Shown one piece after another: positions 21,253-31,863 of a stretch of 64,000 nucleotides of DNA. This DNA comes from a virus: positions 105 to 64,104 of IMG/VR virus record IMGVR_UViG_3300027932_000001. The stretch is one strand, 5' to 3'. A program made the translations under genes and the position numbers. Within the stretch, counting starts at the first letter, position 1, and every line of letters begins with the position of its first letter. The notes below the pieces were generated by a model, which saw only the letters and a program-made list of their open reading frames with translations, searched no databases and was not told the DNA's origin.

Positions 21253-21385
21253 TTTGAATTCCCTATTAAATGTTATACCTAATTTTTTAAATATAAGGGG
21301 TTATCCATCCTCTGACGAAGCTTTCCGTCACCTTAACTCCCTTTCTTTGTATCTCTGTTTTTAATTATCTCTTTTATTATTCATT

Positions 21386-23020
21386 TTGATGAACTCATTG
21401 AGTGTACTAAAGGACGTAATTTTGTCTTTGTCGAATAAGTTTGTAGATAGGGAGGAAGAAGTTCTTGCACTTACATCTTCTCTTGTACTAGGGAAGCTAG
21501 GTGCGAATATGTTACTAATAGGATACCCTGGTACAGCAAAGAGCTCTTTAGTAAAGGAGTTCTGCAGGACTCTAAACCTTAGCTATGGGGAACTCGTTCT
21601 TACTCCTACCATGCTTCCGTCTTCTTCACTTTACTATATAGACCAGATAAAGCTGATTAAGGAGAACAAAGTAGAAGTAAATCCTTCATCGTTAAGTTAC
21701 GCTGATATAGCGTTTTTAGATGAGATAGGTAGGGCTAATGATATAATGCTACACTCAATTCTCTCATATCTTCTTGATAGAGAATTTTTCATAGACCAAA
21801 TAACAGCTAAAATGAAGACGAGGACACTAACTGTTGTCGGGGCTACAAATTTTGTTAACTTAGATAGTAAGTTTGATGCAGTTTATGATAGGTTCACGTA
21901 TTCTATCGTTACTTTTCCGCCGAGCTCGGATGAATTCGAAGCTGTGTATGAGAAGGGTATTGAGATATTAAATAGAAAACTTGATGACGATGGGGACGGT
22001 AACGTTGAAGTTATTCCGATTACTGTCAATAGTAAGAAGCCTAAATTGGATAGAGAAGAAATAATAGAGCTTGCGAGAGTCGCGTTATCTGAAGTTAGCC
22101 AAAGTGACATTTTGATAGCTAAGAAAATCTATTCTGCGTTCAATATGGATAAAATAGGGGAAAATAGGTTAGTCAAAATTACGATTGATGAACTATCTAA
22201 ACCTCTTGCGGATATATTTAAAAAATATGTTGCGGATAGAGAAGTACTGTTCCCTGTAAAGTCGTCAATGAGAAAGTTGCAATTGTTACCTCCTACCCTT
22301 GCGTTATTGCGTATGCTCGGTTATTATGACCCAGTAAACATAGCTAAGGCTATCTCGTGGTTTTTCATAATTCCAGACGAGCAATATTTCCCGCTCTATA
22401 TAAAGTCGCGTGAGGAGGGAATAAGCATACTGCAAAAGAAGATCCTTAACATAATCCATGATCTATTGCCTAAAGTATCCCAACCTACATTTAATGATAA
22501 GATGCTGAACGAGGCAGAAATGATAATCAGATTTTTATCTAACGCACTTATAAGCATTAAGAAAATCCCCAATCATGTGAAGGATGTTATAACTGTAGAA
22601 AGTAATGATATAATAATCCACGTTGACACCTTACTTAACATATTAAGCACAGAAGGAAAACTGAGCGATTTCCAGTTATTCAACTTCGGTCTTTATGGCG
22701 TTAATAAACCCGTATTCAAGCTGATTAGGAAAATTGTATCGCTTTATGATAAAGATATGATAAACACGTTGGATATGCAGAAAAAGCTGGAAATACAGAA
22801 GAAACTACAGTCTGCAATACCGCTCATAGCAACAATCATCAGTGACGTCTATGACATATATGTGGCATATAATAACGGTATTGAAGACAATATGAGCAAA
22901 TCACTCTTCAAAAGAATGCTTAATAACGCTGGCTTAGTTACATCTGCAGACATTAATGATTTTAAAAAGAGAATGTTAGAAGATATAAAGGTCGAACTCC
23001 TAACGAAAATCTCAGCATAA
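21386..23020 (+). CDS. MoxR-family AAA+ ATPase (ATV p618-like)
   Basis: LLIGYPGTAKS, AFLDEIGRA, GATN...AVYDRF. Confidence 0.85.
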   Translation: MMNSLSVLKDVILSLSNKFVDREEEVLALTSSLVLGKLGANMLLIGYPGTAKSSLVKEFCRTLNLSYGELVLTPTMLPSSSLYYIDQIKLIKENKVEVNPSSLSYADIAFLDEIGRANDIMLHSILSYLLDREFFIDQITAKMKTRTLTVVGATNFVNLDSKFDAVYDRFTYSIVTFPPSSDEFEAVYEKGIEILNRKLDDDGDGNVEVIPITVNSKKPKLDREEIIELARVALSEVSQSDILIAKKIYSAFNMDKIGENRLVKITIDELSKPLADIFKKYVADREVLFPVKSSMRKLQLLPPTLALLRMLGYYDPVNIAKAISWFFIIPDEQYFPLYIKSREEGISILQKKILNIIHDLLPKVSQPTFNDKMLNEAEMIIRFLSNALISIKKIPNHVKDVITVESNDIIIHVDTLLNILSTEGKLSDFQLFNFGLYGVNKPVFKLIRKIVSLYDKDMINTLDMQKKLEIQKKLQSAIPLIATIISDVYDIYVAYNNGIEDNMSKSLFKRMLNNAGLVTSADINDFKKRMLEDIKVELLTKISA

Positions 23021-23057
23021 GCAGAACGCTTTTATTCTAGCATTGTTTTCTATTGTT

Positions 23058-23459
23058 ATGGAAAACCTATTCCAAAGGGCTGTGAACAATTTTTCAATCA
23101 TAGTCAATTCCTTGCCTGACGATTATAAAACAATTACGATATCTTTCATACAACAACAAGTACCAGAGGTAAACCAGACATTTTTAGAGGAATTAACTGG
23201 AAGAACAGAGCAGACTGTACCGATATCTAAGTTACCTAAACTCGTTAATGTAACTTTAGATATAGTGAATAAACTCCCAGAATTTATTTCAGAAACTGAA
23301 AATACTAACGTTGTCCCAGAAATATTCGCAATTCAGACAGGTCTACAATTCATTTCACAATATATCCTCCCAAAGTTAATCAAAGTAAATAACGCCTCTC
23401 AGTCACTCTTTGAGTATAATAATTCTGTATCCACGTTACCGAGAGTGATAACGCAGTAG
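23058..23459 (+). CDS. Hypothetical protein
   Basis: ATG at 23058, follows MoxR. Confidence 0.6.
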   Translation: MENLFQRAVNNFSIIVNSLPDDYKTITISFIQQQVPEVNQTFLEELTGRTEQTVPISKLPKLVNVTLDIVNKLPEFISETENTNVVPEIFAIQTGLQFISQYILPKLIKVNNASQSLFEYNNSVSTLPRVITQ

Positions 23460-23602
23460 CTGGTTCTAAGTTCGAACTTTTTTGTATATATACGACTTCG
23501 AACTTTTCCTTCAAAAAATGACGCTAAATTTTTAGTAGATAGTTCGATATTTATACTACCAACAGCACATCCGTTTTTAACCACACGTTTCGTTAGTTTC
23601 TC

Positions 23603-24550
23603 ATGCTATTGAAGCTTGTTGTGTTGAAACTAATAGTGCTGTTAATTTCGTTTGTTGTATACATATTTGTACTTGTAAAATATCCAGATATTTTGTCAGA
23701 ATTACTTATAATTAATACTGCAGAATCGTTATCAACACACCTAATGCCGTTGAATGCAGTAAAGCTAAGATATGAGAAGAAGGTCTGCATGTTATATTTT
23801 TACACTCTTTTCTCGTTTGTGTCGTTATTGTTAATTCATTCGTTATTATGCTATCTCCCTGCAGTGTTCATTTTCACTTTCACAGATATTTACGTTAACG
23901 TTGCAGATGACCGTATGCTAAAGTACTTTTACACTATCCCCAACATTTTACTTTCACTTTCGCTTATCTCTGGGAACCTGCTTGTAAGCTATTACATTTA
24001 CGTAATAGCACGCCTCATATTTCTAAAACCTGAATTTGTTAAGCCAAGCTTTGATAAGAATTTCTTTATAGAGAACCTAAAACTATATCCTAATAATATA
24101 TTAGGATTAATAAAAGGAAGGACTCAGTGCATAATAGCGAGCATATTCAACCCCTGCCCTCTATTCTTCATATTCAATAAGGGCATTAAGACAATAAACG
24201 AACTGAGTGAAACTACAAATAGAATAGATGAGAACCCTAAGAAGTTAGCAATAGGCGTAATGGGGGTTGGCGTTATACTAATCCCGTTTTATTTCTATCT
24301 AGGTTTGGCTGTGTTCTTTACTGCGTTCTCTTTCTTAGCTATAGATAATGCAAAGAAGTTGATAAGATATAAGAAATATAAAGAGTATAATGTTGCAATT
24401 ACATTACCTTTAATTAGTATAGCAGTACTTATAGTAACGTTCTTCATTAGCAGGAATATAATGATACTATTGTCAAGCCCTGGAGTATATTCATTCACTC
24501 AATTTTTAATCTCATCATTTCTTATTAAGAAATATGGGAATACTATATAA
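23603..24550 (+). CDS. Polytopic membrane protein (possibly flippase-like)
   Basis: About 8-9 hydrophobic segments; function is a guess. Confidence 0.55.
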   Translation: MLLKLVVLKLIVLLISFVVYIFVLVKYPDILSELLIINTAESLSTHLMPLNAVKLRYEKKVCMLYFYTLFSFVSLLLIHSLLCYLPAVFIFTFTDIYVNVADDRMLKYFYTIPNILLSLSLISGNLLVSYYIYVIARLIFLKPEFVKPSFDKNFFIENLKLYPNNILGLIKGRTQCIIASIFNPCPLFFIFNKGIKTINELSETTNRIDENPKKLAIGVMGVGVILIPFYFYLGLAVFFTAFSFLAIDNAKKLIRYKKYKEYNVAITLPLISIAVLIVTFFISRNIMILLSSPGVYSFTQFLISSFLIKKYGNTI

Positions 24551-25010
24551 CCTCGTAAATAGCGTTTTCCTAGCTGGTGAGGGCGTAACAATAGCTGGGC
24601 TTGCTATAAATATTTTAGTAAACTTAATACCTTGCATACAAACCTCAATACCGCCAAGCGTTTATGCAACAATTTCATCAATGACTCTTCTGAATTTCCT
24701 CTTCAATATCCTTCACAACCCATTCGTGTCAGTAACGTTGTCTGGACTAGGTGCAATAGTGTCCTTCGTAGTATCATTATCGGCAAGTGTAGAAAGCTAT
24801 ATGCAAGCTGGAATGTATGCAGTTTACGCTTCGCTAATATTCGGAAACCTTGACTGGTTCCTGGTATGGGCAACCACAACAATTTCCAGTTCTGGGTTAG
24901 CAATAGCAACTCAAGCAGTATATCTCATAGGTGTAATAGACAGCATAGTAGGAATTGCACAAGTAATATACATACTAATGGTATTGGGCATAATACCCAA
25001 CACTCTATAG
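24534..25010 (+). CDS. Hydrophobic membrane/virion protein
   Basis: Almost entirely hydrophobic 158 aa. Confidence 0.65.
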   Translation: MGILYNLVNSVFLAGEGVTIAGLAINILVNLIPCIQTSIPPSVYATISSMTLLNFLFNILHNPFVSVTLSGLGAIVSFVVSLSASVESYMQAGMYAVYASLIFGNLDWFLVWATTTISSSGLAIATQAVYLIGVIDSIVGIAQVIYILMVLGIIPNTL

Positions 25011-25019
25011 GGGATAAAA

Positions 25020-25289
25020 ATGAAGATAAGTACTAATTATGACATAATAAAAAGAGTTCTGGAGATAGAAAGCGATACTCCCACACTTATAACTCAAATT
25101 TACGACTCAGTTTCTGCGTTCAATTGCAGAAAAATAGGAAACAAAAAAATAAGGTGTTTGGACATAGATGCACCTCATTTTATAATGGTAAACAACCAGA
25201 TCTCTTCTGCTATTTCTTCTTTTAGAGAAATTACTAACAATGGAAATGATAATGAAAGCGAAGAAGAGAATGAAGAGATTATGTTTTAA
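25020..25289 (+). CDS. Small protein with acidic tail
   Basis: 89 aa ending NESEEENEEIMF. Confidence 0.6.
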   Translation: MKISTNYDIIKRVLEIESDTPTLITQIYDSVSAFNCRKIGNKKIRCLDIDAPHFIMVNNQISSAISSFREITNNGNDNESEEENEEIMF

Positions 25290-25362
25290 TTTTATTTATT
25301 CTAATGTAATAGAGATATTATCCAAAATGTGAGAAAAATAGTGCATAAAATCACTATTTTAA

Positions 25363-25685
25363 CTTTTGGGGGTTAAGGGGGCGGAAGTCCCCCTCCGTAA
25401 GATGGGGGATGGATAGCCCCCTTACAGAAACCTTTTATAGTTATCAAAAAATAGATGTACACAGACCTCTGGCTGTAAGAGCTGAGGTCGTACCCTCGGG
25501 ACTGGGGGAACTTACGCCTGTGGAGAGTGACCCTCCGTAACCCCTCTTCCACACGGGGCATTACAGAACGGTTCCGTTCGATGGAACCTCCGCTGTGGGT
25601 GAAGGGGGATCGAGGTCGCTCTGAGAAGCAGGAAATCCTCATCGCGAGATGGGGATGCCCCGTCCGTTAGGGCGGGGTAGTTCAC
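25363..25685 (+). mobile_element. 323-bp non-autonomous IS200/IS605 element (SMN1-like MITE), copy 1
   Basis: Follows TTTAA; left end matches the tnpB element at 63815; right-end hairpin ...gggcggggtagttcac; inverted copy at 43121-43443. Confidence 0.85.
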
Positions 25686-25739
25686 GTGAACTCTCGCCAA
25701 TGCTACCTATTTAAATACTCGCAATCTATTTCATTCGCA

Positions 25740-26639
25740 ATGGATATCTGGAAATTTGTTATGGCGTATAAAAACTATCCAGAAGTACTTTTTAATGTTA
25801 TATTGAATAGAAAGTCAAAGGCTGAGTTAAGAGATGGTAGAACAGTATATTTATCAGCACCAGCACTAAAAGCATTGAGTGCGTACTACAGGGAAATGCG
25901 TGAGTACCCGAGAGAAATAGAAGACTGCGAAGGAGAATGTAAAACTCAGCTTGAATGCTTTATATTATGTTTTCTAAAGTATCATGAATGGAAGACTAAA
26001 GATAATTATATGTATAAAAATCTTGAAAGTTTAGGTTCTGTTAAGTTCCTTAAATATTATAAGGGGAAAGTAGCCATAGAGCAAACTATCCACGAGATAT
26101 TTGATGAGCAAATTTATAACGACTTTAGAGAAATCAAAGGAGACGTAGTTGATATAGGTGCAGGAATAGGTGACTCGCCTATTTTCTTTGCATTGTGGGG
26201 TGCAAGTAAAGTTCTGGGAATAGAACCTTTACCTACTCCTTATAACGTTGCATTAGAAAATATCAAGCTAAACGAATTAAACAACAGAGTAAGGATACTG
26301 AATGCAATAATAAATTATGAATCCCGTGTAGTTAAAATTAAGGATCACGACGTCGTAGGCAGTGCAGGAGTCTATGTTAGACCGCAGAAGTCAGATATCG
26401 CAGTTAAGAGCGTTACGATAAGCGATTTAGTTAGAGAATTAGATAACCCGTTTATGATAAAGATGGACTGTGAAGGCTGTGAGTACGATATATTGAGGCA
26501 TGAGAAGGAGTCGCTTAAGTATTTTGAGAAGATAATAATGGAATATCATAAGAAGCCACCTATAAAAGAAGTAGAAGAACTCGGTTTTAGTTTAACTAAT
26601 AAAAATGGCAAAATCCTGATATTCTATAGAAAGAAATAA
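25740..26639 (+). CDS. FkbM-family SAM-dependent methyltransferase
   Basis: VVDIGAGIGDS...GIEP...IKMDCEGCEYDI. Confidence 0.85.
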   Translation: MDIWKFVMAYKNYPEVLFNVILNRKSKAELRDGRTVYLSAPALKALSAYYREMREYPREIEDCEGECKTQLECFILCFLKYHEWKTKDNYMYKNLESLGSVKFLKYYKGKVAIEQTIHEIFDEQIYNDFREIKGDVVDIGAGIGDSPIFFALWGASKVLGIEPLPTPYNVALENIKLNELNNRVRILNAIINYESRVVKIKDHDVVGSAGVYVRPQKSDIAVKSVTISDLVRELDNPFMIKMDCEGCEYDILRHEKESLKYFEKIIMEYHKKPPIKEVEELGFSLTNKNGKILIFYRKK

Positions 26640-26684
26640 AGAAGTAATATTATCCAAAACCTGAGAAAAATAGTGCATAAAAAA

Positions 26685-27098
26685 TTATGAAGCCAGCTTT
26701 ATGGTTGAGCGATAATACGACAATATTAACATGCGGATTATTGTAGAAATTTTTACATTGAATATGAAGGCTAGTTTGAACAACTTTGGGGCAACTATAG
26801 GAGATACTGTAAGGTTTATTCTATAAGTTTTTTTACTAGCCGTGTCTCCAGATGAAAGAATAGCGTTATACAGTTCCTCATCGCTTTTATTTAGCATGTG
26901 ATGTAAAATTTTTGTAGCTTCTCTACCGTTTAAGATTACATTAGAAGGTAAAGAGGTAGTAAGATGATACCTGCTGGAATAGACAAGATAAACGTAACAT
27001 TTGTTATCTTTTATCACGTAGCTGAGATACTTGCTCTTCCTTATGGTGCATTTATTTCTAGGTAAAATCATGAGTAATTCTACACCGTTATTCTTCAT
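26685..27098 (-). CDS. Protein with C-terminal RHH-like segment
   Basis: TYRINLTVSPIVAPKLFKLAFIFNVKISTIIRMLI. Confidence 0.55.
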   Translation of the reverse strand: MKNNGVELLMILPRNKCTIRKSKYLSYVIKDNKCYVYLVYSSRYHLTTSLPSNVILNGREATKILHHMLNKSDEELYNAILSSGDTASKKTYRINLTVSPIVAPKLFKLAFIFNVKISTIIRMLILSYYRSTIKLAS

Positions 27099-27585
27099 TG
27101 ATTTTCACCCCATATGAAGAGTTTCTTTTGTAAACAGTATATATATGGTTGTCCCCAACAATCTCTACATTAAAAGGTAATGTAAAATGCGGAATATTAG
27201 AAACTACATAGGATGATATAATCTCGTTGCCTGAAAGCGTAAATAATAACGCCATTATGCTATCTGGTAGCTTGTAAACTAAAAGGACGTCTCTGCAGAG
27301 TAAATAAGGTTCGTCGTCATATTTTATAATCTCAGCTTGGGAGTTCTCAAAACCTTTTATCATCCTACACTTACGCTTTGTTTGTGGGTATAAAAGAATA
27401 GAAACGTCTATGTAATTCAGATTTTCAATTATATTCTTGATAACGCACTTAGCAAAATTTTTATCTTTAGTACATTCGGCTACCTTAAAAAACAACATTT
27501 GCCTAAATTTCTCTATTTCCTCCTTAGGGGGAGTATTTATATTTTTTAATAACATATTTTGGTACATGTGCATCCCCGAAATCAC
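27088..27585 (-). CDS. Hypothetical protein
   Basis: ORF track; true start probably a few codons in. Confidence 0.6.
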   Translation of the reverse strand: MISGMHMYQNMLLKNINTPPKEEIEKFRQMLFFKVAECTKDKNFAKCVIKNIIENLNYIDVSILLYPQTKRKCRMIKGFENSQAEIIKYDDEPYLLCRDVLLVYKLPDSIMALLFTLSGNEIISSYVVSNIPHFTLPFNVEIVGDNHIYTVYKRNSSYGVKINEE

Positions 27586-27597
27586 ATCTGTGATTGC
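27578..27597. promoter_or_regulatory. Dispersed palindrome copy 4
   Basis: gaaatcacatctgtgattgc at the start of the 27088 gene. Confidence 0.7.
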
Positions 27598-27611
27598 AGA
27601 AGAAAAAACCG

Positions 27612-28283
27612 TCAGAATACTCCTGCGTTTTTAAGTATTAAGTACACTGCGTACCTTAGCACTTTAGACCTTGTAACTTTATGATTTATTGCAAAGTTAT
27701 CGAGCTTCTCTAACAACTTCTTATCCATCTTTATCGACAACACACCAGTATCACCGTCAAGAAGCTTCTTATCATCGTAATTGGCATCAATCTCTTTGCT
27801 ATTTAAAATAGTATTAGCAAGTGTATAGCGTATTAATTCGCCAGCAGTTTTACCTATTTTGCATGAATACGAAATAAGTAAATTTTTAATTTCCTTTGAG
27901 ATCTTTACTGTAATTATAATGTTGTTGTGTTCAAGAACATCTTCTCTATATTGTACACCAACACTTTCTAGTCTGTGCACCTTCACTGCAAAAGGCTTAG
28001 GCTTTGCTGTCGTATAAACCCTTATTTTATACAGTAAATCGTTGCCAAACATAAAACTTATACGTTGACCATTCTTATCCATCATCACTACGTATTGACC
28101 ATTATTGAAAGTCACAAAAAATCCGCTCTCGCTTAGTATTTTTAGCAGTACATTAACTTTGTTTTTAGAAATATAATCGAGATGAAAAGTGAATTCTGTA
28201 TCTGCTTCTCTAGTTATAGTGTATTTTATATTTAAAGAATCTAAATGTTCTTTTATTAGATCTACAACTGATGACAGAGTCAT
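27612..28283 (-). CDS. Protein with two C-terminal RHH domains
   Basis: [13 protein letters not shown]...ELIRY and [31 protein letters not shown]. Confidence 0.7.
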   Translation of the reverse strand: MTLSSVVDLIKEHLDSLNIKYTITREADTEFTFHLDYISKNKVNVLLKILSESGFFVTFNNGQYVVMMDKNGQRISFMFGNDLLYKIRVYTTAKPKPFAVKVHRLESVGVQYREDVLEHNNIIITVKISKEIKNLLISYSCKIGKTAGELIRYTLANTILNSKEIDANYDDKKLLDGDTGVLSIKMDKKLLEKLDNFAINHKVTRSKVLRYAVYLILKNAGVF

Positions 28284-29149
28284 ATCGCTCGCCCCTCGCC
28301 ATATTTTTTCTTACACCAGGCTATGCAACCAGTGTCGTCATCGCCAGGGTCACCAAAATGAACCTTGCAATCATGAATGCACTGATATAGGTCAGCAAGA
28401 CCCATACTAGAAAGTATACATTTAGGTATGCCGTCACGATATACACCTTCTGGACATCTGCTAATTTCGAAACCCCATATTCCGTTAAGGACATTCTCTA
28501 CAGTCATTGGTCTATCACTAGTTAAATTGTTCAATATTATGCAATTAGCCCCAGCATACTTAAAGAGGCGGGGATGGACTTTCTTTACTTCTTCTAGCAT
28601 TTTCCATGCAACTTGACGTATTTCCCACTGTGCCCTTGAGCATAATCTGAGGGCAAAGAAGTTGTATAACTCTCTGGCGTTCATTGTCACAACGATGTTT
28701 GTATTTACTCCGTTAGGTAGGACGTATCTGGCATCTTCCTCTGGAACACCGTTCTGTAATAGCTCATAGTAGTATTTGTAAGCGTCGTCGTAAGCCTTCT
28801 TAACTAGTTCCTCGTTCCTCTTTTCCGCAGAAGGCGGAGTTACTGGTTGGTAGTACTCATCAACGGGCTTAGCAAACCTATGGCTCATTTGTGTGTATGA
28901 TGCAATGCGGTGTCTCACTAGTTGATGAGAGGCAACCCTGCTTATACCCTCTATTGAGAAGGTATAACTACTGTGTTCTAGTGGTGACCAGTAGCCGTGA
29001 ATGATAGCGTCACGGATCCACACTTCTACTTCCTCATCCGTCATTGTCTTCTCGTGGTAATCCCAACCCTTTCTAGACCTGCTCATCTTAGAAGCGATTG
29101 CTACTATTTTTTCTCCATCTTTCGTATAAGAAACTAGTTCAACTTTCAT
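28280..29149 (-). CDS. thyX: Flavin-dependent thymidylate synthase
   Basis: [25 protein letters not shown] (RHRx7S), [14 protein letters not shown]. Confidence 0.95.
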   Translation of the reverse strand: MKVELVSYTKDGEKIVAIASKMSRSRKGWDYHEKTMTDEEVEVWIRDAIIHGYWSPLEHSSYTFSIEGISRVASHQLVRHRIASYTQMSHRFAKPVDEYYQPVTPPSAEKRNEELVKKAYDDAYKYYYELLQNGVPEEDARYVLPNGVNTNIVVTMNARELYNFFALRLCSRAQWEIRQVAWKMLEEVKKVHPRLFKYAGANCIILNNLTSDRPMTVENVLNGIWGFEISRCPEGVYRDGIPKCILSSMGLADLYQCIHDCKVHFGDPGDDDTGCIAWCKKKYGEGRAI

Positions 29150-29165
29150 CTTTTTCGCCCCGTTT

Positions 29166-30017
29166 TTAAAATAATTGAGAAATTTTCCTTTCTTCACTAG
29201 CTATTGGTATGTCATATTTGTACGGTGGTTTTAGTTTTTCCCTCAATAACTTTAGCGTGTTTATTATACTTTCGTAGTCGAGCTCAGCCATTAACTCGTC
29301 GTAACTGCTAGATCCATAATATGCTGAATATATTGACCAAGGTGCTTCATAAAGCAAACTGGTTACGTGTTCGACCATATATTTATGAAATAGTAGTATT
29401 TTATTCAAATTTTCAATAAACTCTTTCAGGCATGCCTTAGGTAATGCGTAGCCTTTTATTGATAATAAAGAATTGAGGAGATACAATGCGAGACCAGTAA
29501 CCTTATAGAACCCACCACCTTCTTCAGTTACAAGACCTAGGGCTAACAACGGTACTACGTCCTTTTTAGGTGCTTTAAATCTGAGCGATGAAATGTAAGA
29601 AGTGTATTTATTTAGCAGTTCGGATAAATCTCGCAACTCAATTAAACTTGATTTATGAGCCAGTAGTGTTATGACCAATGCTATAATACCTAGCTCCACA
29701 GTTTTATAATATTCATCGTCGATAAGGTCTACATCAAAATATTTCTTTATAATATCCTCAAATTTGCTTAACGCGTCAGGAGATATATTAAGAATAACAT
29801 CGCTTACAAACCCATTTTTAAAAGCTTCTATTATAAGCCTCTCGTTTTTTATTGGCTTGCTTGAAAAGAAAACATTGAGAAAGTTCATTGCTTCTTCAGC
29901 AACAATATTAGGGGAAAGGGAAGGGCTTTCCACATTTAACACCCCGAGAACAAAATACCAGGTCGCCTTTTTAGAAGATACTTCCGATTTAGAAAAACGA
30001 ATAACTAGAGCTATCAT
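29166..30017 (-). CDS. Hypothetical protein, possible winged helix
   Basis: [21 protein letters not shown] resembles a wHTH wing. Confidence 0.55.
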   Translation of the reverse strand: MIALVIRFSKSEVSSKKATWYFVLGVLNVESPSLSPNIVAEEAMNFLNVFFSSKPIKNERLIIEAFKNGFVSDVILNISPDALSKFEDIIKKYFDVDLIDDEYYKTVELGIIALVITLLAHKSSLIELRDLSELLNKYTSYISSLRFKAPKKDVVPLLALGLVTEEGGGFYKVTGLALYLLNSLLSIKGYALPKACLKEFIENLNKILLFHKYMVEHVTSLLYEAPWSIYSAYYGSSSYDELMAELDYESIINTLKLLREKLKPPYKYDIPIASEERKISQLF

Positions 30018-30305
30018 ATTTCAGTTCTTCCTTATTTCAACTGAGGTAGAGATGTTAAAGAGACATATGGAAAACTTTTAGTTCTTACTTATTTCGACAA
30101 AAGTGGGTACTGGTAAGGTAGAATGGAATAGAGTTTTTCAGTTCTTACTTATTTCAACTATTTTTACCCCGTCCCTGGAAGAGGCGGGGCAACTTCCCGC
30201 TACGACGCCCCCTTCCCTCGCTCTACCCATCTTTTAGTTCTTCCTTATTTTAGCTCACTTTCCAAAAATAAAAACTTTTCAGTAGGCACTTTTAGTTCTT
30301 CCTTA
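30018..30305 (-). CRISPR. Degenerate cas-less mini-CRISPR array, 4 full repeats and 1 partial (24 nt)
   Basis: Repeats at 30018, 30075, 30135, 30231 and 30289 (partial); minus-strand consensus GTTGAAATAAGGAAGAACTRAAAR; spacers 33, 36, 72 and 34 nt. Confidence 0.75.
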
Positions 30306-30308
30306 ACC

Positions 30309-30644
30309 CTAGAAGGGGCGAGGTTTATTGCTCGCTTCATCAGCCTCCTCCAGCATCTTATCTAGCATTTTTTCTATAAGTATGTATAAAAATTTCCCTT
30401 TTTCTTCATGTGTAAGCATACTATAATCGGAAAAAATACTGTATAAAATTACTTGTTGTCTATATGGGAGTTTTACAGCTCTAATGACATACCTATAAAT
30501 CTTATCAGCAGACATTGCAATCCCTCGCATTTTGTATAATCCATATATTGAAAGAAAATAATCGATAAGCTTCTTTGTCTGATTATAGTTAAACATAGCT
30601 GACACGGTGTTTGCAAGGTATTCTATAAAGTCTTCACGTTCCAT
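30309..30644 (-). CDS. Hypothetical protein
   Basis: 111 aa; stop codon lies inside an IS605 right-end remnant. Confidence 0.6.
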   Translation of the reverse strand: MEREDFIEYLANTVSAMFNYNQTKKLIDYFLSIYGLYKMRGIAMSADKIYRYVIRAVKLPYRQQVILYSIFSDYSMLTHEEKGKFLYILIEKMLDKMLEEADEASNKPRPF

Positions 30645-30891
30645 TGTTCATCCTCCTTTCTAACTCCTTCCTATGTTTCGTTAGTATTATATCTATAATG
30701 TCATCTAAGTACTCGTCGACTATATCTTCCAGGTCAATTCTATCAAATTTGACGTCGTCAATATCTGCTTCATAAACAGTATCCTCAGCATACGGATAGC
30801 ACTGACTACAACTACCACTACAACCATAGAAGTCACTATCACACCATGTATTTTCCTCTAGGAATTTATAGGGTATCTTAACCTTCACCAT
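30634..30891 (-). CDS. Small acidic Cys-containing protein
   Basis: WCDSDFYGCSGSCSQC; D/E-rich. Confidence 0.65.
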   Translation of the reverse strand: MVKVKIPYKFLEENTWCDSDFYGCSGSCSQCYPYAEDTVYEADIDDVKFDRIDLEDIVDEYLDDIIDIILTKHRKELERRMNNGT

Positions 30892-31059
30892 TCATCACCT
30901 TTTTCTTCTCCTTTCCATTCAACTTCTTTTTTGACTTTTTCACTTTCTTCCATAAAACACCCCCGTTTGTCCCTATACTTTCATTTCAATCATGATCTAG
31001 TTAGCCCTCAACTACTATCTTTATAAACTTAAAACTAACATAATCCTTGGGAAGAAAAA

Positions 31060-31341
31060 ATGTATGTAGAAATTGAATTCCCGCCAAATGGTGGTCTCAA
31101 AGTTCGCAGTGGGGTCATTGATCAAGGTCTGATGGTAATACCGACCACCGACAATAAGTATGTACTGGTCAACTTTACACCAGACGGTGATTTTGTAGAG
31201 CTGTTTGATGACTTTAGAGAGCTTATCAAAAAGGTGCAAGAATATTACGGCGACGATATAGCGAAAATCGTAGAAAATGAATTGCGAGAATATTACGGAA
31301 ATGATCTAGTGGAGAACGAGAGCGAAATGATTCAGGATTAG
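31060..31341 (+). CDS. Small acidic protein
   Basis: 93 aa, D/E-rich, lone plus-strand gene in the cluster. Confidence 0.6.
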   Translation: MYVEIEFPPNGGLKVRSGVIDQGLMVIPTTDNKYVLVNFTPDGDFVELFDDFRELIKKVQEYYGDDIAKIVENELREYYGNDLVENESEMIQD

Positions 31342-31392
31342 GTACCAAATTATTCAAAAACGTTAATCTCAGTTTTTTGCCATTCTTCGGTC

Positions 31393-31842
31393 TTAAGATG
31401 TTTTCAAACGTGGATAATTACCAATAGTATCGCAGTATTCCCAATTATAGCCGTTGTACTTGAAGCCCATTTGCTTAAGTTTGTTAACAAGCTCTGCGAA
31501 CTGCTCACGTGGCAATCTCTTCATTTTTATTGATATGCAATAGTATCCTGGATGGTTAATGGCGTTCTCATCGAACCTATCTAAAATTGCCCTTGCATCA
31601 TATTTACCTAGAATTCTATTATTAATATCATCAATTAATTTAAGAATACTTTCTTTGAATTCAGCCCTGTTCTTTTCGACCATCATTTTTGTGTTATAAT
31701 ATTGTTTAAAAAGTTCTGGATCGATTTTTTGTAGTCTACGTTCATCAGAAATGCTAAGACCTATTTTTGCGTATGGACTACTAGAAGATTTTTGTATTAA
31801 TTTTTTAACCATATCTATTAATTCTTTATCAAATTTACTCAT
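31393..31842 (-). CDS. Hypothetical protein
   Basis: 149 aa. Confidence 0.65.
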   Translation of the reverse strand: MSKFDKELIDMVKKLIQKSSSSPYAKIGLSISDERRLQKIDPELFKQYYNTKMMVEKNRAEFKESILKLIDDINNRILGKYDARAILDRFDENAINHPGYYCISIKMKRLPREQFAELVNKLKQMGFKYNGYNWEYCDTIGNYPRLKTS

Positions 31843-31863
31843 TTCTGACGTCCTCCCCGTCAG

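Larger units (their letters stand above)
25315..26682 (+). repeat. 36-bp direct repeats (25315-25350, 26647-26682) flanking the MITE and FkbM gene
   Basis: atattatccaaaa(tg/cc)tgagaaaaatagtgcataaaa, 2 mismatches. Confidence 0.85.

Noticed and set aside
25373-25700. ORFs inside the MITEs (also 43097-43433)
   Set aside because: Identical spurious ORFs in a GC-rich non-autonomous element
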